IMG/VR virus record: IMGVR_UViG_3300031673_008321
Source of the DNA: an uncultured virus (IMG/VR IMGVR_UViG_3300031673_008321)
Lineage: Duplodnaviria > Heunggongvirae > Uroviricota > Caudoviricetes
Strand: one strand, 5' to 3'
Length of the DNA: 64,000 nt
Of this stretch, positions 19,861 to 31,029 are shown in pieces. Numbering within the stretch: the first letter of the stretch is position 1; every line of letters begins with the position of its first letter. Position numbers and translations under genes: made by a program. Under the pieces are notes generated by a model, which saw only the letters and a list, made by a program, of their open reading frames with translations, was not told the DNA's origin and searched no databases.

Positions 19861-20793
19861 ATGAAACGTGTATTAATTACCGGTGGAGCTGGTTTTATAG
19901 GATCGCATCTCTGCTATTCCTTGGTATTGGATGGTTACGATGTATTATGTGTAGATAATTTTTATACTGGAAATAGAGATAATATAAAGAAATTAATGCA
20001 TCATTCTAATTTCGAATTTATGAGGCATGATATTACTTTTCCATTGTATGTAGAAGTAGACGAGATTTATAATTTAGCTTGTCCAGCATCTCCAGTTCAT
20101 TACCAAAAGAACCCAGTTCAAACTATTAAGACTAATGTGCACGGTGCTATTAATATGTTGGGATTAGCTAAAAGAACCAAAGCTAAAATATTTCAAGCTT
20201 CTACAAGTGAAGTATATGGAGATCCTACTATACATCCCCAAGAAGAAAAATACCGGGGAAATGTAAACCCTATAGGAATTAGATCCTGTTATGACGAAGG
20301 AAAACGATGTGCTGAGACTCTATTTTTTGATTATTATCGTCAGTATAAAGTACAGATTAAGGTGGGAAGGTTATTTAATACGTATGGACCTAACATGTCT
20401 ATGAATGATGGCAGAGTGATTTCTAATTTTATTATACAAGCTCTTAGCGGCGAAGAGATTACTATTTATGGTGATGGTAGTCAGACTAGATCTTTTTGTT
20501 ATATTAGTGATATGATAGAAGCTATAATTAGCTTTATGAATTCATCTTATAAAGTTGTAGGACCTATAAATTTAGGTAATCCTAAAGAATTTTCTATTTT
20601 AGAATTGGCTGAGTTAATTTTAAAACTGACAGGTTCAAAATCAAAAACGGTATTTAAGCCATTACCAAAAGACGATCCAAAACAGCGGTGTCCTAATATA
20701 GAAAAAGCAAAGAAAATTTTGAAATGGTCACCACGAATATCTTTAGAAGAAGGTTTAGAAAAAACTATTAATTATTTTAGGAGAATAATATGA
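19861..20793 (+). CDS. UDP-glucuronate decarboxylase (UDP-xylose synthase)
   Basis: [48 protein letters not shown]. Confidence 0.93.
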   Translation: MKRVLITGGAGFIGSHLCYSLVLDGYDVLCVDNFYTGNRDNIKKLMHHSNFEFMRHDITFPLYVEVDEIYNLACPASPVHYQKNPVQTIKTNVHGAINMLGLAKRTKAKIFQASTSEVYGDPTIHPQEEKYRGNVNPIGIRSCYDEGKRCAETLFFDYYRQYKVQIKVGRLFNTYGPNMSMNDGRVISNFIIQALSGEEITIYGDGSQTRSFCYISDMIEAIISFMNSSYKVVGPINLGNPKEFSILELAELILKLTGSKSKTVFKPLPKDDPKQRCPNIEKAKKILKWSPRISLEEGLEKTINYFRRII

Positions 20794-21641
20794 AAATATT
20801 ACATGTAGCAGTATTTACACTTACATCTACTAATGTGTGGCAAGCTGATGGGTTCGAAGAACTAGGCCATAAAGTTATTAGGTATGATTATAGAGCTATG
20901 GCTAAAAGATATGGTAGTATAGGTAGAGACGATCATTTAATATCTCTTTGTAGAAAAGAGAGTCCGGATTTTAGTTTATTTAGTAAATGTAACAAAATGC
21001 ATGTTAATGTTGTTAAAGAATGTGGGAAAATTGGTAAAACTGTATTGTGGTACATGGATAATTTCCACAACATGGACGCGGAACTGATAGAGAAAATGAA
21101 AAAATGTGATTTTGTGTTTGCCTCCTGTAGTTCGGCTCTTAATGAAGCTAGTAAATATAATGATAAGGTTTATAGACACCACGGTGGATATGATTCAAAC
21201 ATACATCGGCCAGCAGATGTACCCAAGACAAGAGATGTGGTATTTGTTGGTGGAATGTATCCATATAGAATGCCGTATAGAGGTGCAGTGAATTTCGAAG
21301 TTCTTAACAACGTGTTTAATGAGGACCATGCTTGTATAGTGTCTGAGACCAAAATAAATCTAAATTTCACTGAAGGTGATGGCGTGTCGAACAGGATATA
21401 TAAAATACTTGGAGCAGGCGGTTTTTTACTGACCACCCCTTGGGATAGTATGGAAGAGGATGGATTTGAGCCGGGGAAGGATTTTGACACATTCACTAGT
21501 CCGATAGAGTTGGGAGATAAGGTGAAGTACTACCTTGAACACGAAGATAAAAGGGAAAAAATAGCTGTGCATGGATATGAAACAGTAAAACAATATGATC
21601 ATGTAAATTATGCTAGGAAAATATTGGAGGCAGTGTCATGA
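20790..21641 (+). CDS. CgeB-like glycosyltransferase
   Basis: [34 protein letters not shown]. Confidence 0.8.
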   Translation: MKILHVAVFTLTSTNVWQADGFEELGHKVIRYDYRAMAKRYGSIGRDDHLISLCRKESPDFSLFSKCNKMHVNVVKECGKIGKTVLWYMDNFHNMDAELIEKMKKCDFVFASCSSALNEASKYNDKVYRHHGGYDSNIHRPADVPKTRDVVFVGGMYPYRMPYRGAVNFEVLNNVFNEDHACIVSETKINLNFTEGDGVSNRIYKILGAGGFLLTTPWDSMEEDGFEPGKDFDTFTSPIELGDKVKYYLEHEDKREKIAVHGYETVKQYDHVNYARKILEAVS

Positions 21642-22609
21642 AAAGAGCACTAGTTACTGGAATAACTGGACAAGACGGAAGCTATTTGGCTGAATTTCTA
21701 CTTGATAAAGGGTATGAGGTACACGGTATGGTTAGGAGGGTAGCAATAGAGGACCCAAAACATAGATTTTGGAGGATTAATCATTTACTTGATAGTATAA
21801 CTATTCATGAAGCATCTTTAGAGAACTATGGGTCTATATTTGATATGGTAGGGAAAGTAAAACCAGACGAGTGTTATCATTTAGCAGCCCAAAGTTATGT
21901 AGCAATATCGTTTGAGGACCCATTTTCTACCCTCAACGCTAATATTTATGGCACTCTTTATTTACTGTCTGCTATAAAACAAATATCCCCAGAATGTAGG
22001 GTATACTTTGCAGCTACAAGCGAAATGTTTGGTAAAGCGAAAGAAATCCCTCAAAATGAGGATACGCCTTTTCATCCAAGATCTCCTTATGGAATATCAA
22101 AGATGACGGGGTTTGAATTAATGAGGAATTATAGAGAAAGTTATAATATATTTGCATGCTGTGGTATACTTTTTAACCACGAATCGCCAAGGAGAGGCAT
22201 GGAATTTGTAACAAGGAAGATAACTAATACAGCAGCAAAGATAAAACTTGGTAAAGCAGACAATCTGGTTCTTGGAAATCTTAAAGCTAAAAGAGATTGG
22301 GGATATGCGCCTGAGTTTGTAGAAGCGATGTGGGCCATGCTGCAGCAAGATGATCCAGATGACTATGTTATAGCTACAAACACCTCGCATTCTATAAAAG
22401 AGTTTGTAAAAGCAGTGTTTGATTATTTAGAATTGGATTGGAACAAGTATGTAAAGGTTGATAGTAAATTTTTTAGACCAGCGGAAGTTGTACAGCTTAG
22501 AGGAGATTATACAAAGGCTAATAAAAATCTTGGGTGGAAGCCTAAAGTTAATTTTAAAGAATTAGCTAAAATAATGGTAGATGCCGACTTGATGTTGGAG
22601 GAAAACTAA
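21638..22609 (+). CDS. gmd: GDP-mannose 4,6-dehydratase
   Basis: GITGQDGSYLA, LAAQS, PRSPYG, FNHESPRRG.EFVTRK, RDWG. Confidence 0.96.
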   Translation: MKRALVTGITGQDGSYLAEFLLDKGYEVHGMVRRVAIEDPKHRFWRINHLLDSITIHEASLENYGSIFDMVGKVKPDECYHLAAQSYVAISFEDPFSTLNANIYGTLYLLSAIKQISPECRVYFAATSEMFGKAKEIPQNEDTPFHPRSPYGISKMTGFELMRNYRESYNIFACCGILFNHESPRRGMEFVTRKITNTAAKIKLGKADNLVLGNLKAKRDWGYAPEFVEAMWAMLQQDDPDDYVIATNTSHSIKEFVKAVFDYLELDWNKYVKVDSKFFRPAEVVQLRGDYTKANKNLGWKPKVNFKELAKIMVDADLMLEEN

Positions 22610-22610
22610 T

Positions 22611-23555
22611 ATGAAAATAGCATACTATTACCCACCACAAAATATAGTTGAAAAAGATCTTTTCTTTTGTAAATATACAGGATATGAATTTTTGCATCAT
22701 AAATGTGATGCAAGTGTGGATATGATTTATGCTGGAAGTGTTTCTGTTTTACCCCAGGCAATGGCATCAAAAATACAATTTAATAAGCCGTTAATTTGCT
22801 GGGTATGGGACATACCGTATAATTGGAGAGAGTGGCAGTTGTCTGAAGATGGGATGAAGAAAAATGCTTCGAGAGACGCTGTAAATAAACATAGAGTGGA
22901 ATTATTAAAAAAGTGTGATTTAGTTATGACTGGAAGTAAATGGACGCAAGGTGTTTTGAAAGATCAATATGGTATTTCAAGCGAACAAATATATTTTTAT
23001 ATTGATATGGATAGTATTGATGTTGTGCCTATCCAGAGAAAGGAAAAACAGATTATACAAATAAGTAGATATTTTTATAATAAGAAGTTTGAGCATACTA
23101 TTATGGCTGCGAGGGATTTAACTGATTATAGGGTTGTGTTTATAGGATCAGGTTTAGGTTCACCGTATAGCAAAGAGTTAAGAGAATGTTCTAATAAATA
23201 TAACAAGAATGTTGTGTTTAATGGAGTTCTTTCGAGAAGAGATGTAATAGCAAATATGAAGAAATCAACTGTTCTTGCTTCACCAAGTGTATTTGAGGGT
23301 TGGGGAATGACACCGGCTGAGGCTTTATATTGCGGAGTGCCAGTTTTATTAAGTGATTTAGAAGTATTTAAGGAACAATACGGAGATAAGGTTTTATATC
23401 ATAAGCGGAGTGATGTAGATGATATGAAAGAAAAATTAGAGCTTTTGATTTCTGATAAAGAATTACAAAAAAAAATAGTTAAGGATTGTCAGCCTATAAT
23501 AGCTGAGTTTACTGCTGAAAAATTTGCACGGAGATGGAAAAAAATTGTTAGTTAA
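22611..23555 (+). CDS. Glycosyltransferase GT4
   Basis: SR...KK, PSVFEGWGMTPAEA. Confidence 0.85.
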   Translation: MKIAYYYPPQNIVEKDLFFCKYTGYEFLHHKCDASVDMIYAGSVSVLPQAMASKIQFNKPLICWVWDIPYNWREWQLSEDGMKKNASRDAVNKHRVELLKKCDLVMTGSKWTQGVLKDQYGISSEQIYFYIDMDSIDVVPIQRKEKQIIQISRYFYNKKFEHTIMAARDLTDYRVVFIGSGLGSPYSKELRECSNKYNKNVVFNGVLSRRDVIANMKKSTVLASPSVFEGWGMTPAEALYCGVPVLLSDLEVFKEQYGDKVLYHKRSDVDDMKEKLELLISDKELQKKIVKDCQPIIAEFTAEKFARRWKKIVS

Positions 23556-24075
23556 AGACTTAGATATACGAGATATTTCTATAATAGATGCGATGCCAGT
23601 TTATGACTGTCCTAAAAAAATTTTGATAGTAGGTTGCGGAGCTGGGCGTATAGATTGGCATTTGAATAATATGGGGTATGAGGTATATAGTACCGATGTA
23701 ATAAGTGGTAAAGATTTTCCTGAAGACATGGATTTTTATAAATCAGATATATTTGATGTAAATAGTTTTCCTATTAATAAATGTGAAATAGTTATATGTA
23801 GTCAGGTTTTAGAACATTTGAGGGATTATAAAACAGCTTTAAAAAATTTGTTAAAACTTACAGAAATACGGCTTATAATTACTGTACCCTATAAAATGTC
23901 GTTTAACAGCCCTGGTCATTATAATCATTGGGATGATAAGAGCGTGAAGGAGTTTGAAAGTATATGTAAACCTTATGTTATTTCTATAAGTAAGATAAGA
24001 ACTAAACCAAAAGATGTTAAGTTAAATCAATGGTGCTATTTAATAATAATAGATAAACGACAAAAATATGAATAA
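23524..24075 (+). CDS. Class I SAM methyltransferase
   Basis: ILIVGCGAG, CSQVLEHL, IITVP; start uncertain. Confidence 0.8.
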   Translation: MHGDGKKLLVKDLDIRDISIIDAMPVYDCPKKILIVGCGAGRIDWHLNNMGYEVYSTDVISGKDFPEDMDFYKSDIFDVNSFPINKCEIVICSQVLEHLRDYKTALKNLLKLTEIRLIITVPYKMSFNSPGHYNHWDDKSVKEFESICKPYVISISKIRTKPKDVKLNQWCYLIIIDKRQKYE

Positions 24076-24086
24076 GAGGTAAAATA

Positions 24087-25139
24087 ATGAAAGGTTTTAT
24101 AATAGTAGGCACAAGACCAAATTTTATGAAGGCTGCAGCATTGTATAAACCCCTTAGTGAATTTTTTGATATACGTTTAGTACATACAGGTCAGCATTAT
24201 GATGATGCTATGAGTAAAGTTTTTTTTGAGGAGTTTAATCATCTTGATATATATCATCATTTTGATTTGTTCTCTAAAGGTGGTGCGAAACAAACTGCTG
24301 AGATAATGGACAATTTTAATATTTTATGTAAGATTGATCCTCCTGATTTTGTAATAGTTGTGGGAGATGTAAATTCTACACTGGCGTGTGGGCTTGTGTC
24401 GAAAAAAAGGGGCATACCTTTGATTCATGTTGAGGCTGGTCTTAGAAGTTTCGATCAGACTATGCCGGAAGAAGTCAATAGGCGATTGGTTGATCATATT
24501 TCAGATATTATGTTTGCTACTGAGCCTGTAGCCATGGAAAATTTATGTAATGAAAATGTGCAAGGCAAGTATTATTTAGTAGGTGATGTTATGATAGATA
24601 CTGTTGTTAAATTTTTATTACCTAGATTAAAGGAAGTCGATGGTGAATATTGTATTTGTACTATACATAGACAGAAAAACGTAAGGGATAAAGAAATATT
24701 AAGATCATTGCTGGAGATGCTACAAGAAATTAATGCTGTATCTAGAGTTATATTTCCTGTCCACCCACATACTGGAAAAATGATATTTAAGTATGGGTAT
24801 GAAAGATTGTTAAAGAACTTAGATATTAAGGCGCCAATGCCTTATGTTGATTTTTTATCTTATGCCAATGGCGCTGATTTTGTTATAACTGATTCTGGGG
24901 GATTACAAACTGAATGTAATTACTTGAATATACCTTGTTTGGTGTTAAGAGAAAACACTGAACGTGAAAACGCTGTGTACAGTGGTTGTTGTGAGCTTGT
25001 TGGTTTTGATCATGACTTACTTATGGAATGTATCGATAAAATTTATAATGGGAATTGGAAAGATAATTCAGTGTTGGATATTGACGATGGTAATGCGTCT
25101 GAAAGGATTACTAATATTTTAAATGGGTGTTTATTATAA
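24087..25139 (+). CDS. wecB: UDP-N-acetylglucosamine 2-epimerase (non-hydrolysing)
   Basis: GTRPNFMK, HTGQHYD, HVEAGLRS, PEEVNR, TDSGGLQ, RENTER. Confidence 0.93.
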   Translation: MKGFIIVGTRPNFMKAAALYKPLSEFFDIRLVHTGQHYDDAMSKVFFEEFNHLDIYHHFDLFSKGGAKQTAEIMDNFNILCKIDPPDFVIVVGDVNSTLACGLVSKKRGIPLIHVEAGLRSFDQTMPEEVNRRLVDHISDIMFATEPVAMENLCNENVQGKYYLVGDVMIDTVVKFLLPRLKEVDGEYCICTIHRQKNVRDKEILRSLLEMLQEINAVSRVIFPVHPHTGKMIFKYGYERLLKNLDIKAPMPYVDFLSYANGADFVITDSGGLQTECNYLNIPCLVLRENTERENAVYSGCCELVGFDHDLLMECIDKIYNGNWKDNSVLDIDDGNASERITNILNGCLL

Positions 25140-25172
25140 TGAAATAATGTTAAAAATGGAAGGAAATATAAA

Positions 25173-25976
25173 ATGAAAAAAGTGGGCTTTATAATGGTGT
25201 TTAATGAAGTTAATTGGATATCTTACGCAGTTGATCAAGCAGTAAAAATTTGTGATGAAGTGATAATTTGTGAAGGATCCCAATTTACTTCATTTTCTGA
25301 TATACCAGAGCGTTCTGATGATGGTACATTAGATATTATTGAAGATAAGAAAAAAGAGTACTATCCTATTATAACACATGTAAATACTATTAGAGAAAAA
25401 AATAATTATCGAAGTAACCAGTGTGCTAATTTTAATTTAGCTTTAGATATGTGTGATATTGGTGATTATTTTGTTGTATTAGATGTTGATGTATTTTATA
25501 GAGATGCTTTTCTTGAAGAGCTGAATGATATTATGAAAGAAAATAAAGTTGATATAGTAAAAGTTCAAGGATACCTGTATGGATTTAGCTTTAAGTGGAG
25601 ATTGCATTATGAAAAAAGTTCTATTTGGGCACACGATGCTTTATATAAAAAAGTAAATGGTTTTCGTTTTGTTCCAACACATAAACCGCATGGAGTTGGA
25701 AAAAATAAAATTATTAATACTGATGAAAATATTTTTCATTATACTTGGTTAAAACCTAAAGAAAGAATGAGAATTAGAATGAAAACCTCTGGGTTTTATC
25801 CTGGGATGTTAGAATGGTTTGATAGGAATTGGGATAAAATAGAATTAGTAGAAAATAAGCCTCAAACAGCTCATAATAAGGGGAGTTTTCTATTAGAGAG
25901 GTATGAAGGACCACATCCATCTGTTTTAGATGATCATCCATGGAGATATATTGAAGATGTGAGGTGTGTGGTATGA
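25173..25976 (+). CDS. GT-A/GT2-like glycosyltransferase
   Basis: NE..WI, SDDGT, LDVD; paralogue of 31026..31928. Confidence 0.75.
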   Translation: MKKVGFIMVFNEVNWISYAVDQAVKICDEVIICEGSQFTSFSDIPERSDDGTLDIIEDKKKEYYPIITHVNTIREKNNYRSNQCANFNLALDMCDIGDYFVVLDVDVFYRDAFLEELNDIMKENKVDIVKVQGYLYGFSFKWRLHYEKSSIWAHDALYKKVNGFRFVPTHKPHGVGKNKIINTDENIFHYTWLKPKERMRIRMKTSGFYPGMLEWFDRNWDKIELVENKPQTAHNKGSFLLERYEGPHPSVLDDHPWRYIEDVRCVV

Positions 25977-26581
25977 GAGAAATATCTTTTGACGAGTTTT
26001 GTGCATCTATAGGAACAACTAAACAAATTTCTATGGATTTGTTTATGAAACATCATGATCCTAACTACCATAAAGCGAAGGATATTGATGGTAGAATTAT
26101 ACATCACCATTTTATTTTTTGTGCTATAGCATCTTCAAATATGTATATTAAGTCTATATTTGAAATAGGTACTTGTGCTGGCAACTGTGCTAGACTATTA
26201 GCTAATATATTTCCTGAATCAGTAATAAAAACCCTCGATGTGCCTGAAAATAAAGACCGTGATAATGCTGTAAAATTATTAAGCCCTCTAAAAAACGTTG
26301 AAATGGTGGAGTATAATTCAGTATTTTTGTGGAAGAATGAAAAAGAGGCATATGATTGTGTTTTTGTAGATGGTTGTCATGAATATCCTGTGGTTTTTTC
26401 TGACATGATGTGGGCTTATTTTAATGCTGGAAAGATTATAGTTTTTCACGATGTGGGGCCTGGCGCACCTCATGTGGTGGAAAGCCTTAAATACTTGGAT
26501 TTGGTAGCGGATGAAGAAGTATTTGTTGTAGATTCTGGTAATAGTTTGGTAGCAAATGTTGGCATTCTTGGGAGGAAATAA
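25973..26581 (+). CDS. SAM methyltransferase (Methyltransf_24-like)
   Basis: IFEIGT, VFVDGCH, IVFHD. Confidence 0.78.
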   Translation: MREISFDEFCASIGTTKQISMDLFMKHHDPNYHKAKDIDGRIIHHHFIFCAIASSNMYIKSIFEIGTCAGNCARLLANIFPESVIKTLDVPENKDRDNAVKLLSPLKNVEMVEYNSVFLWKNEKEAYDCVFVDGCHEYPVVFSDMMWAYFNAGKIIVFHDVGPGAPHVVESLKYLDLVADEEVFVVDSGNSLVANVGILGRK

Positions 26582-26584
26582 GAA

Positions 26585-27196
26585 ATGGAATTAAATTATT
26601 GGGAAAATAGACAGCGTTATAATGCAAATAAGAATTATAGAGAAGGCCATGGATACTCTATAGATGATGATAGGTTTTCTAGATATTTTTACTATCTCGA
26701 AGAATTTAATAAAATGGATTGTAATATAGAAATACTAGATGTATGTTGTGGGCCCGGGCCTCTGGAGGTTTATTTGGATAACTATGGATTTAAAAATGTA
26801 GAGGCTGTAGATTTTTCAGAAGAAGGCATTAAAATAGCAAAAGCTAAATCATCTAAATATAATTATACAATAGGAGATGCTAAGGAATTAAATGAAATAT
26901 ATAAAAATAAGTCTTTCGATGTTATATTTTGCTGTCAGTCATTGGAGCATATGCCTAATGATGTGTTAGTACTGTCTCATATGTATAATTTATTAAAAGA
27001 CGGGGGGCTGTTGGTTATAAGTGTGCCATTTGAAAATAAAAAGCGTAATGCTTCTCACTGTAACGAGTATAGTTTTGCTAAATGGAAAGAATTATGTGAT
27101 AAATTATTTAGTACTAGTCCAATAGTTTTAGAGAGGTTTGGAGAAAGCCTATTACAAATGCTAATTATTGTTAGGAGGTCATATGAGACGGTATGA
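26585..27196 (+). CDS. Class I SAM methyltransferase
   Basis: ILDVCCGPG, VDFS, SLEHM, LKDGG. Confidence 0.85.
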   Translation: MELNYWENRQRYNANKNYREGHGYSIDDDRFSRYFYYLEEFNKMDCNIEILDVCCGPGPLEVYLDNYGFKNVEAVDFSEEGIKIAKAKSSKYNYTIGDAKELNEIYKNKSFDVIFCCQSLEHMPNDVLVLSHMYNLLKDGGLLVISVPFENKKRNASHCNEYSFAKWKELCDKLFSTSPIVLERFGESLLQMLIIVRRSYETV

Positions 27197-27743
27197 TGTA
27201 GTTTTTAATTTAATAAAAAACATAAAAAATCCTGTAGGAGCTGAGATAGGGGTGATGGATGGGGTATTTTCTATTAATATGTTGGAAATGAAAAGAGATT
27301 TAAAATTATTTAGCATTGATCCATATACGATGTTTAATCCATATTATAGGGTAGACAAAACCGGTGCTAAACAACACGGTTTTAAAAGCCAAAAAGAATG
27401 GGATGATTTGTACGAACAGATAAAGATAAAATTTGAAAGATACGGCAACAGGTCTGTTTTATTAAGGGGAACTTCAATCTCATCCAGTAAAATTGTAGAG
27501 GATGAATCTTTAGATTTTGTGTTTATTGATGCTAATCATTTATATAAATATGTGAAGGAAGATATTTTAACTTGGATAAAAAAAATTAAAACCGGAGGTA
27601 TTATATCTGGGCATGATTATAATAAAAAGGACGAACATCTTATATTAAATGTTTGTAAAGCAGTCGATGAAATTTTTGATAAAAATGAACTGAATTTTGG
27701 TGCAGATAATTGTTGGTGGGTAATAAAAAATGAAAAGATATAA
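27183..27743 (+). CDS. SAM methyltransferase (Methyltransf_24-like)
   Basis: GAEIGV, IDPY, DFVFIDANH, GGIISGHDY. Confidence 0.85.
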   Translation: MRRYDVVFNLIKNIKNPVGAEIGVMDGVFSINMLEMKRDLKLFSIDPYTMFNPYYRVDKTGAKQHGFKSQKEWDDLYEQIKIKFERYGNRSVLLRGTSISSSKIVEDESLDFVFIDANHLYKYVKEDILTWIKKIKTGGIISGHDYNKKDEHLILNVCKAVDEIFDKNELNFGADNCWWVIKNEKI

Positions 27744-28674
27744 TGTGATATTTATTACTCCTAGGTTAGATAAGCCCTCTTTGTATCATACTGATATAAT
27801 ACAAACATTTGAAAAATTATATAATGTGTTTCAGTATGGCCCGGGATTCAATTATTATAGTGTGAAGGATAATATACAAATTGTAATTAAGAAATCTAAG
27901 ATGAACCCAGACATAATTGTTTTTGGGACAGCTATGTCTTTATACAATTTAAATATCGTTGGTTTAAATTCTATAAGTATACCTAAAATTATTTTTTTAA
28001 ATAAAGAGTACCAAGCATTAAGTAAAAAACTTAATTATATTAAAAGAAATAGCTTTAATCTAGTGTCAACGATTTTAAATGAAAAACTGTATAAACCTTG
28101 GGAAGAATCTATAGGTATACCTTTTGTGCAGATACCACATGGTATTTTTGTTGACAAGTTTCCAGTGCTTGATATAGAAAAGAAATATGATTTTGGTTTT
28201 CTAGGTGCTTTATTTACGAAATATAGTGTTGTACATAGAGAAAGAGCAAAAAAATTTATTTTCATAGATACTGATATAAGTAAAAAATATAATATATTAT
28301 GGGGTGATGATTATAATAGGAAATTATTTTTTGGAGACGAATACATAAAAATGTTAAATAGTTGTAAGATGTTCTTGTCTACCTTATCTCCAAATGGTAT
28401 TGTAGGTTTGAGGTTTTACGAACTGAGCGCTGTAAAGACTATGATGTTGTGTCCTAGAGATTATTATGATGGTATTTTTAAAGACGGGGTCAATTGTGTA
28501 ATGTATGATGATGATCCAAATAGTTTTAAAGAAAAGTTTGAGCAATATATTAAGGATGATAATGGTAGAAATAAAATAATTGAACGTGCTTATAAAGATG
28601 TATTAGAAAAGCATTCGTGGGAGCAGAGAATACAAAAATTAATCAGAACTTTAGAGAATATTATGGAGATATAA
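27730..28674 (+). CDS. CgeB-like glycosyltransferase
   Basis: IPHG, DFGFLG, RFYE, HSWEQR. Confidence 0.78.
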   Translation: MKRYNVIFITPRLDKPSLYHTDIIQTFEKLYNVFQYGPGFNYYSVKDNIQIVIKKSKMNPDIIVFGTAMSLYNLNIVGLNSISIPKIIFLNKEYQALSKKLNYIKRNSFNLVSTILNEKLYKPWEESIGIPFVQIPHGIFVDKFPVLDIEKKYDFGFLGALFTKYSVVHRERAKKFIFIDTDISKKYNILWGDDYNRKLFFGDEYIKMLNSCKMFLSTLSPNGIVGLRFYELSAVKTMMLCPRDYYDGIFKDGVNCVMYDDDPNSFKEKFEQYIKDDNGRNKIIERAYKDVLEKHSWEQRIQKLIRTLENIMEI

Positions 28675-29624
28675 TGAATAAAGAAAGTGTATATTCATCG
28701 TTTAATAGCATACCTTGGAAATTAATACGAGCTGGTAATATATTTCCTTCAGGTAAAATAAAACCTTTACATATTAGACTGTATCCTACAAATAGGTGTA
28801 ATGCTAGTTGTGGATGGTGTTGTTATTCTGACCGTGATAAATCATTAGAATTGGGTATAAGCGAGATAAAGAAAATAATAAAATATTTTAGTAAATTAGG
28901 AACTAAAGCGATTACATTTTCTGGCGGAGGCGAACCTACATTACATCCAAATATTAAAGATATGTTGGAATACGCAAAAAAAAAGAAAATAGAATGTGGT
29001 ATAGTAACTAATGGGTTATTGTGGGGAAAGGAAAATGTTAATTTGGATTTTGCAAACAAGGTTTTGACCTGGGCAAGGATTTCTGTTATAGAAACCATAG
29101 GATCTTATGATGTAGATCGTATTGTGAATTTTGCTAACAATTTGGATGAAGTAGATGTGGGAATAAGTTTTGTTGTGCCAAAGGGAGTTAATATACCATT
29201 GGCTAAAAAAATTTGTGAAATTGCATCTATTACAGACAACATTAAACATGTAAAATTTATTCAGGATTCATTTGTATTGAATGATAAATCTATGCAATTG
29301 GTAATAGACGAGTGTAGCAATTTGACAGAGAAGGCGTTTTTTATTTGGAGAGATGTTCCTAGTAAGGGCCATAAAGATTGCCGTGTTTCCCTACTTAAAC
29401 CAGTGGTAGACGCAGCCGGATATGTGTACCCCTGTTGTGATGTACAACATTCAGGATCAACAGATGTAAGATACATGCCTGATAGATATAGAATGTGCTA
29501 TTGGGAAGAGTTTGATCAAACGAATATTTTCAATGGGTCTAACTGTAATAAATGCTACTACGGTATGTACAATGATTTTTTGGAGATGATGATAAAGGAG
29601 TCAGACCACGATACATTTTTATAG
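28674..29624 (+). CDS. Radical SAM protein with C-terminal twitch/SPASM-like cysteines
   Basis: CNASCGWC, SGGGEP, TNG, C...G.VYPCC...CNKC. Confidence 0.9.
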   Translation: MNKESVYSSFNSIPWKLIRAGNIFPSGKIKPLHIRLYPTNRCNASCGWCCYSDRDKSLELGISEIKKIIKYFSKLGTKAITFSGGGEPTLHPNIKDMLEYAKKKKIECGIVTNGLLWGKENVNLDFANKVLTWARISVIETIGSYDVDRIVNFANNLDEVDVGISFVVPKGVNIPLAKKICEIASITDNIKHVKFIQDSFVLNDKSMQLVIDECSNLTEKAFFIWRDVPSKGHKDCRVSLLKPVVDAAGYVYPCCDVQHSGSTDVRYMPDRYRMCYWEEFDQTNIFNGSNCNKCYYGMYNDFLEMMIKESDHDTFL

Positions 29625-29633
29625 GGGGCCGTA

Positions 29634-30311
29634 ATGAATATAGTAATAGGCGTTCAAACTTGTAATAGACTAGAATATACAAAAAGAACTATAGAATCAG
29701 TCATAAAGCAGAATCCAGAGGCTAATGAAATGCCGTGGGTTGTGTCTGATGATGGCTCTACTGATGGTACTAGAAACTATATTGAAAGTTTATCATTTAT
29801 AAATGAATCCGATTTTTATCCTGAGCAAAGTGGGATTACTAGAGCGCTGCAGAGGTTAATTAATATGGCTGATAAATACGGTGGTGTGATTTTGTATTTG
29901 CAAAATGATTGGGAACAAATTCGTAGGATTGATTTTAGAGCGGTGGAAGAGTTCTATGACAAATACCAAGCGGGACATATAGGCATGGTTACAAATAAAG
30001 GTAGAGGTAACTATAAACGACTATCAGCATTTGGCATTAGAATGAATTTACATACTAAAGAAAAATTTGAGCTTGGAAAACCTATAGTAATGGGTAGAGA
30101 AACATTTATTCCTGGAAACTGGAGCTACTCAGATATACCAGGATTTACTAATCTTGAATTTGCTGTACAGATGTTTGATGATACTCTTAATGAGTCTGTA
30201 CGAGTGAAAAAGATATACGAGGCTGGGTGTAATAACTATCTTTTGGACAAGCAGCCATTTCAAAATATTGATTTTGATTCTAAGAATCGAACTCCTGGAA
30301 GGCGATTTTAA
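29634..30311 (+). CDS. GT2-like glycosyltransferase
   Basis: TCNR.EY, DDGSTDGT, LQND. Confidence 0.82.
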   Translation: MNIVIGVQTCNRLEYTKRTIESVIKQNPEANEMPWVVSDDGSTDGTRNYIESLSFINESDFYPEQSGITRALQRLINMADKYGGVILYLQNDWEQIRRIDFRAVEEFYDKYQAGHIGMVTNKGRGNYKRLSAFGIRMNLHTKEKFELGKPIVMGRETFIPGNWSYSDIPGFTNLEFAVQMFDDTLNESVRVKKIYEAGCNNYLLDKQPFQNIDFDSKNRTPGRRF

Positions 30312-30312
30312 G

Positions 30313-31029
30313 TTGGACATAGTAAAGATAGGCAATGTAGAATTTAATGTAGCTGATACCAATAATCAGAATCACATTAATCATTGGAATTATGTCAATA
30401 ATGGTTCTTGGGAGCCGGAGACATTTAAAGTATTTAAACAGTTTTTGGATAATAATCATTCGTATATTGATATGGGAGCCTGGATAGGATCTACAGTATT
30501 ATACGGCTGCCAAATAGCTAAACATGTATATGCTGCTGAGCCAGATGTGATAGCGCTGAAATATTTGAAAAACAATATAAAAGCTAACCCCACATTGGTT
30601 GATAAGATTACGTTATATGAAGGCTGTATAGCTGATAGGAATGGGATAGCTGATATAGCGGCGCCAGGTGGAAAACATACTTTAGGCCAGAGCGCTACTA
30701 GTTTATTATATAGTAAGGTTGTACAATTAAAGCAAGTAGAGTTAATTACTTTTGATGGATTTATTAATAAATATACTATTACTGACTGTAATTTTATTAA
30801 GATGGATATTGAAGGGGCCGAGGGTATGGTTTTACCAACTATGAAAGAGTATATACAAAGCATTAAACCAGTATTATATATATCTTTTCATTCTAAGCAT
30901 CTTAACTCGGAAATTTGGGAAAATATTATAGATGTGTTAAAGGAGTATTCTAAGTTCTATGATGTAAAAACTATGAAGGAAATAAATGTTGAGAGTATAA
31001 AACATAGGCGGGAGGTGTTAATGGTGTGA
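30313..31029 (+). CDS. FkbM-family methyltransferase
   Basis: WEPET, IDMGAWIG, AEP, IKMDIEGAE; probable TTG start. Confidence 0.88.
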   Translation: MDIVKIGNVEFNVADTNNQNHINHWNYVNNGSWEPETFKVFKQFLDNNHSYIDMGAWIGSTVLYGCQIAKHVYAAEPDVIALKYLKNNIKANPTLVDKITLYEGCIADRNGIADIAAPGGKHTLGQSATSLLYSKVVQLKQVELITFDGFINKYTITDCNFIKMDIEGAEGMVLPTMKEYIQSIKPVLYISFHSKHLNSEIWENIIDVLKEYSKFYDVKTMKEINVESIKHRREVLMV

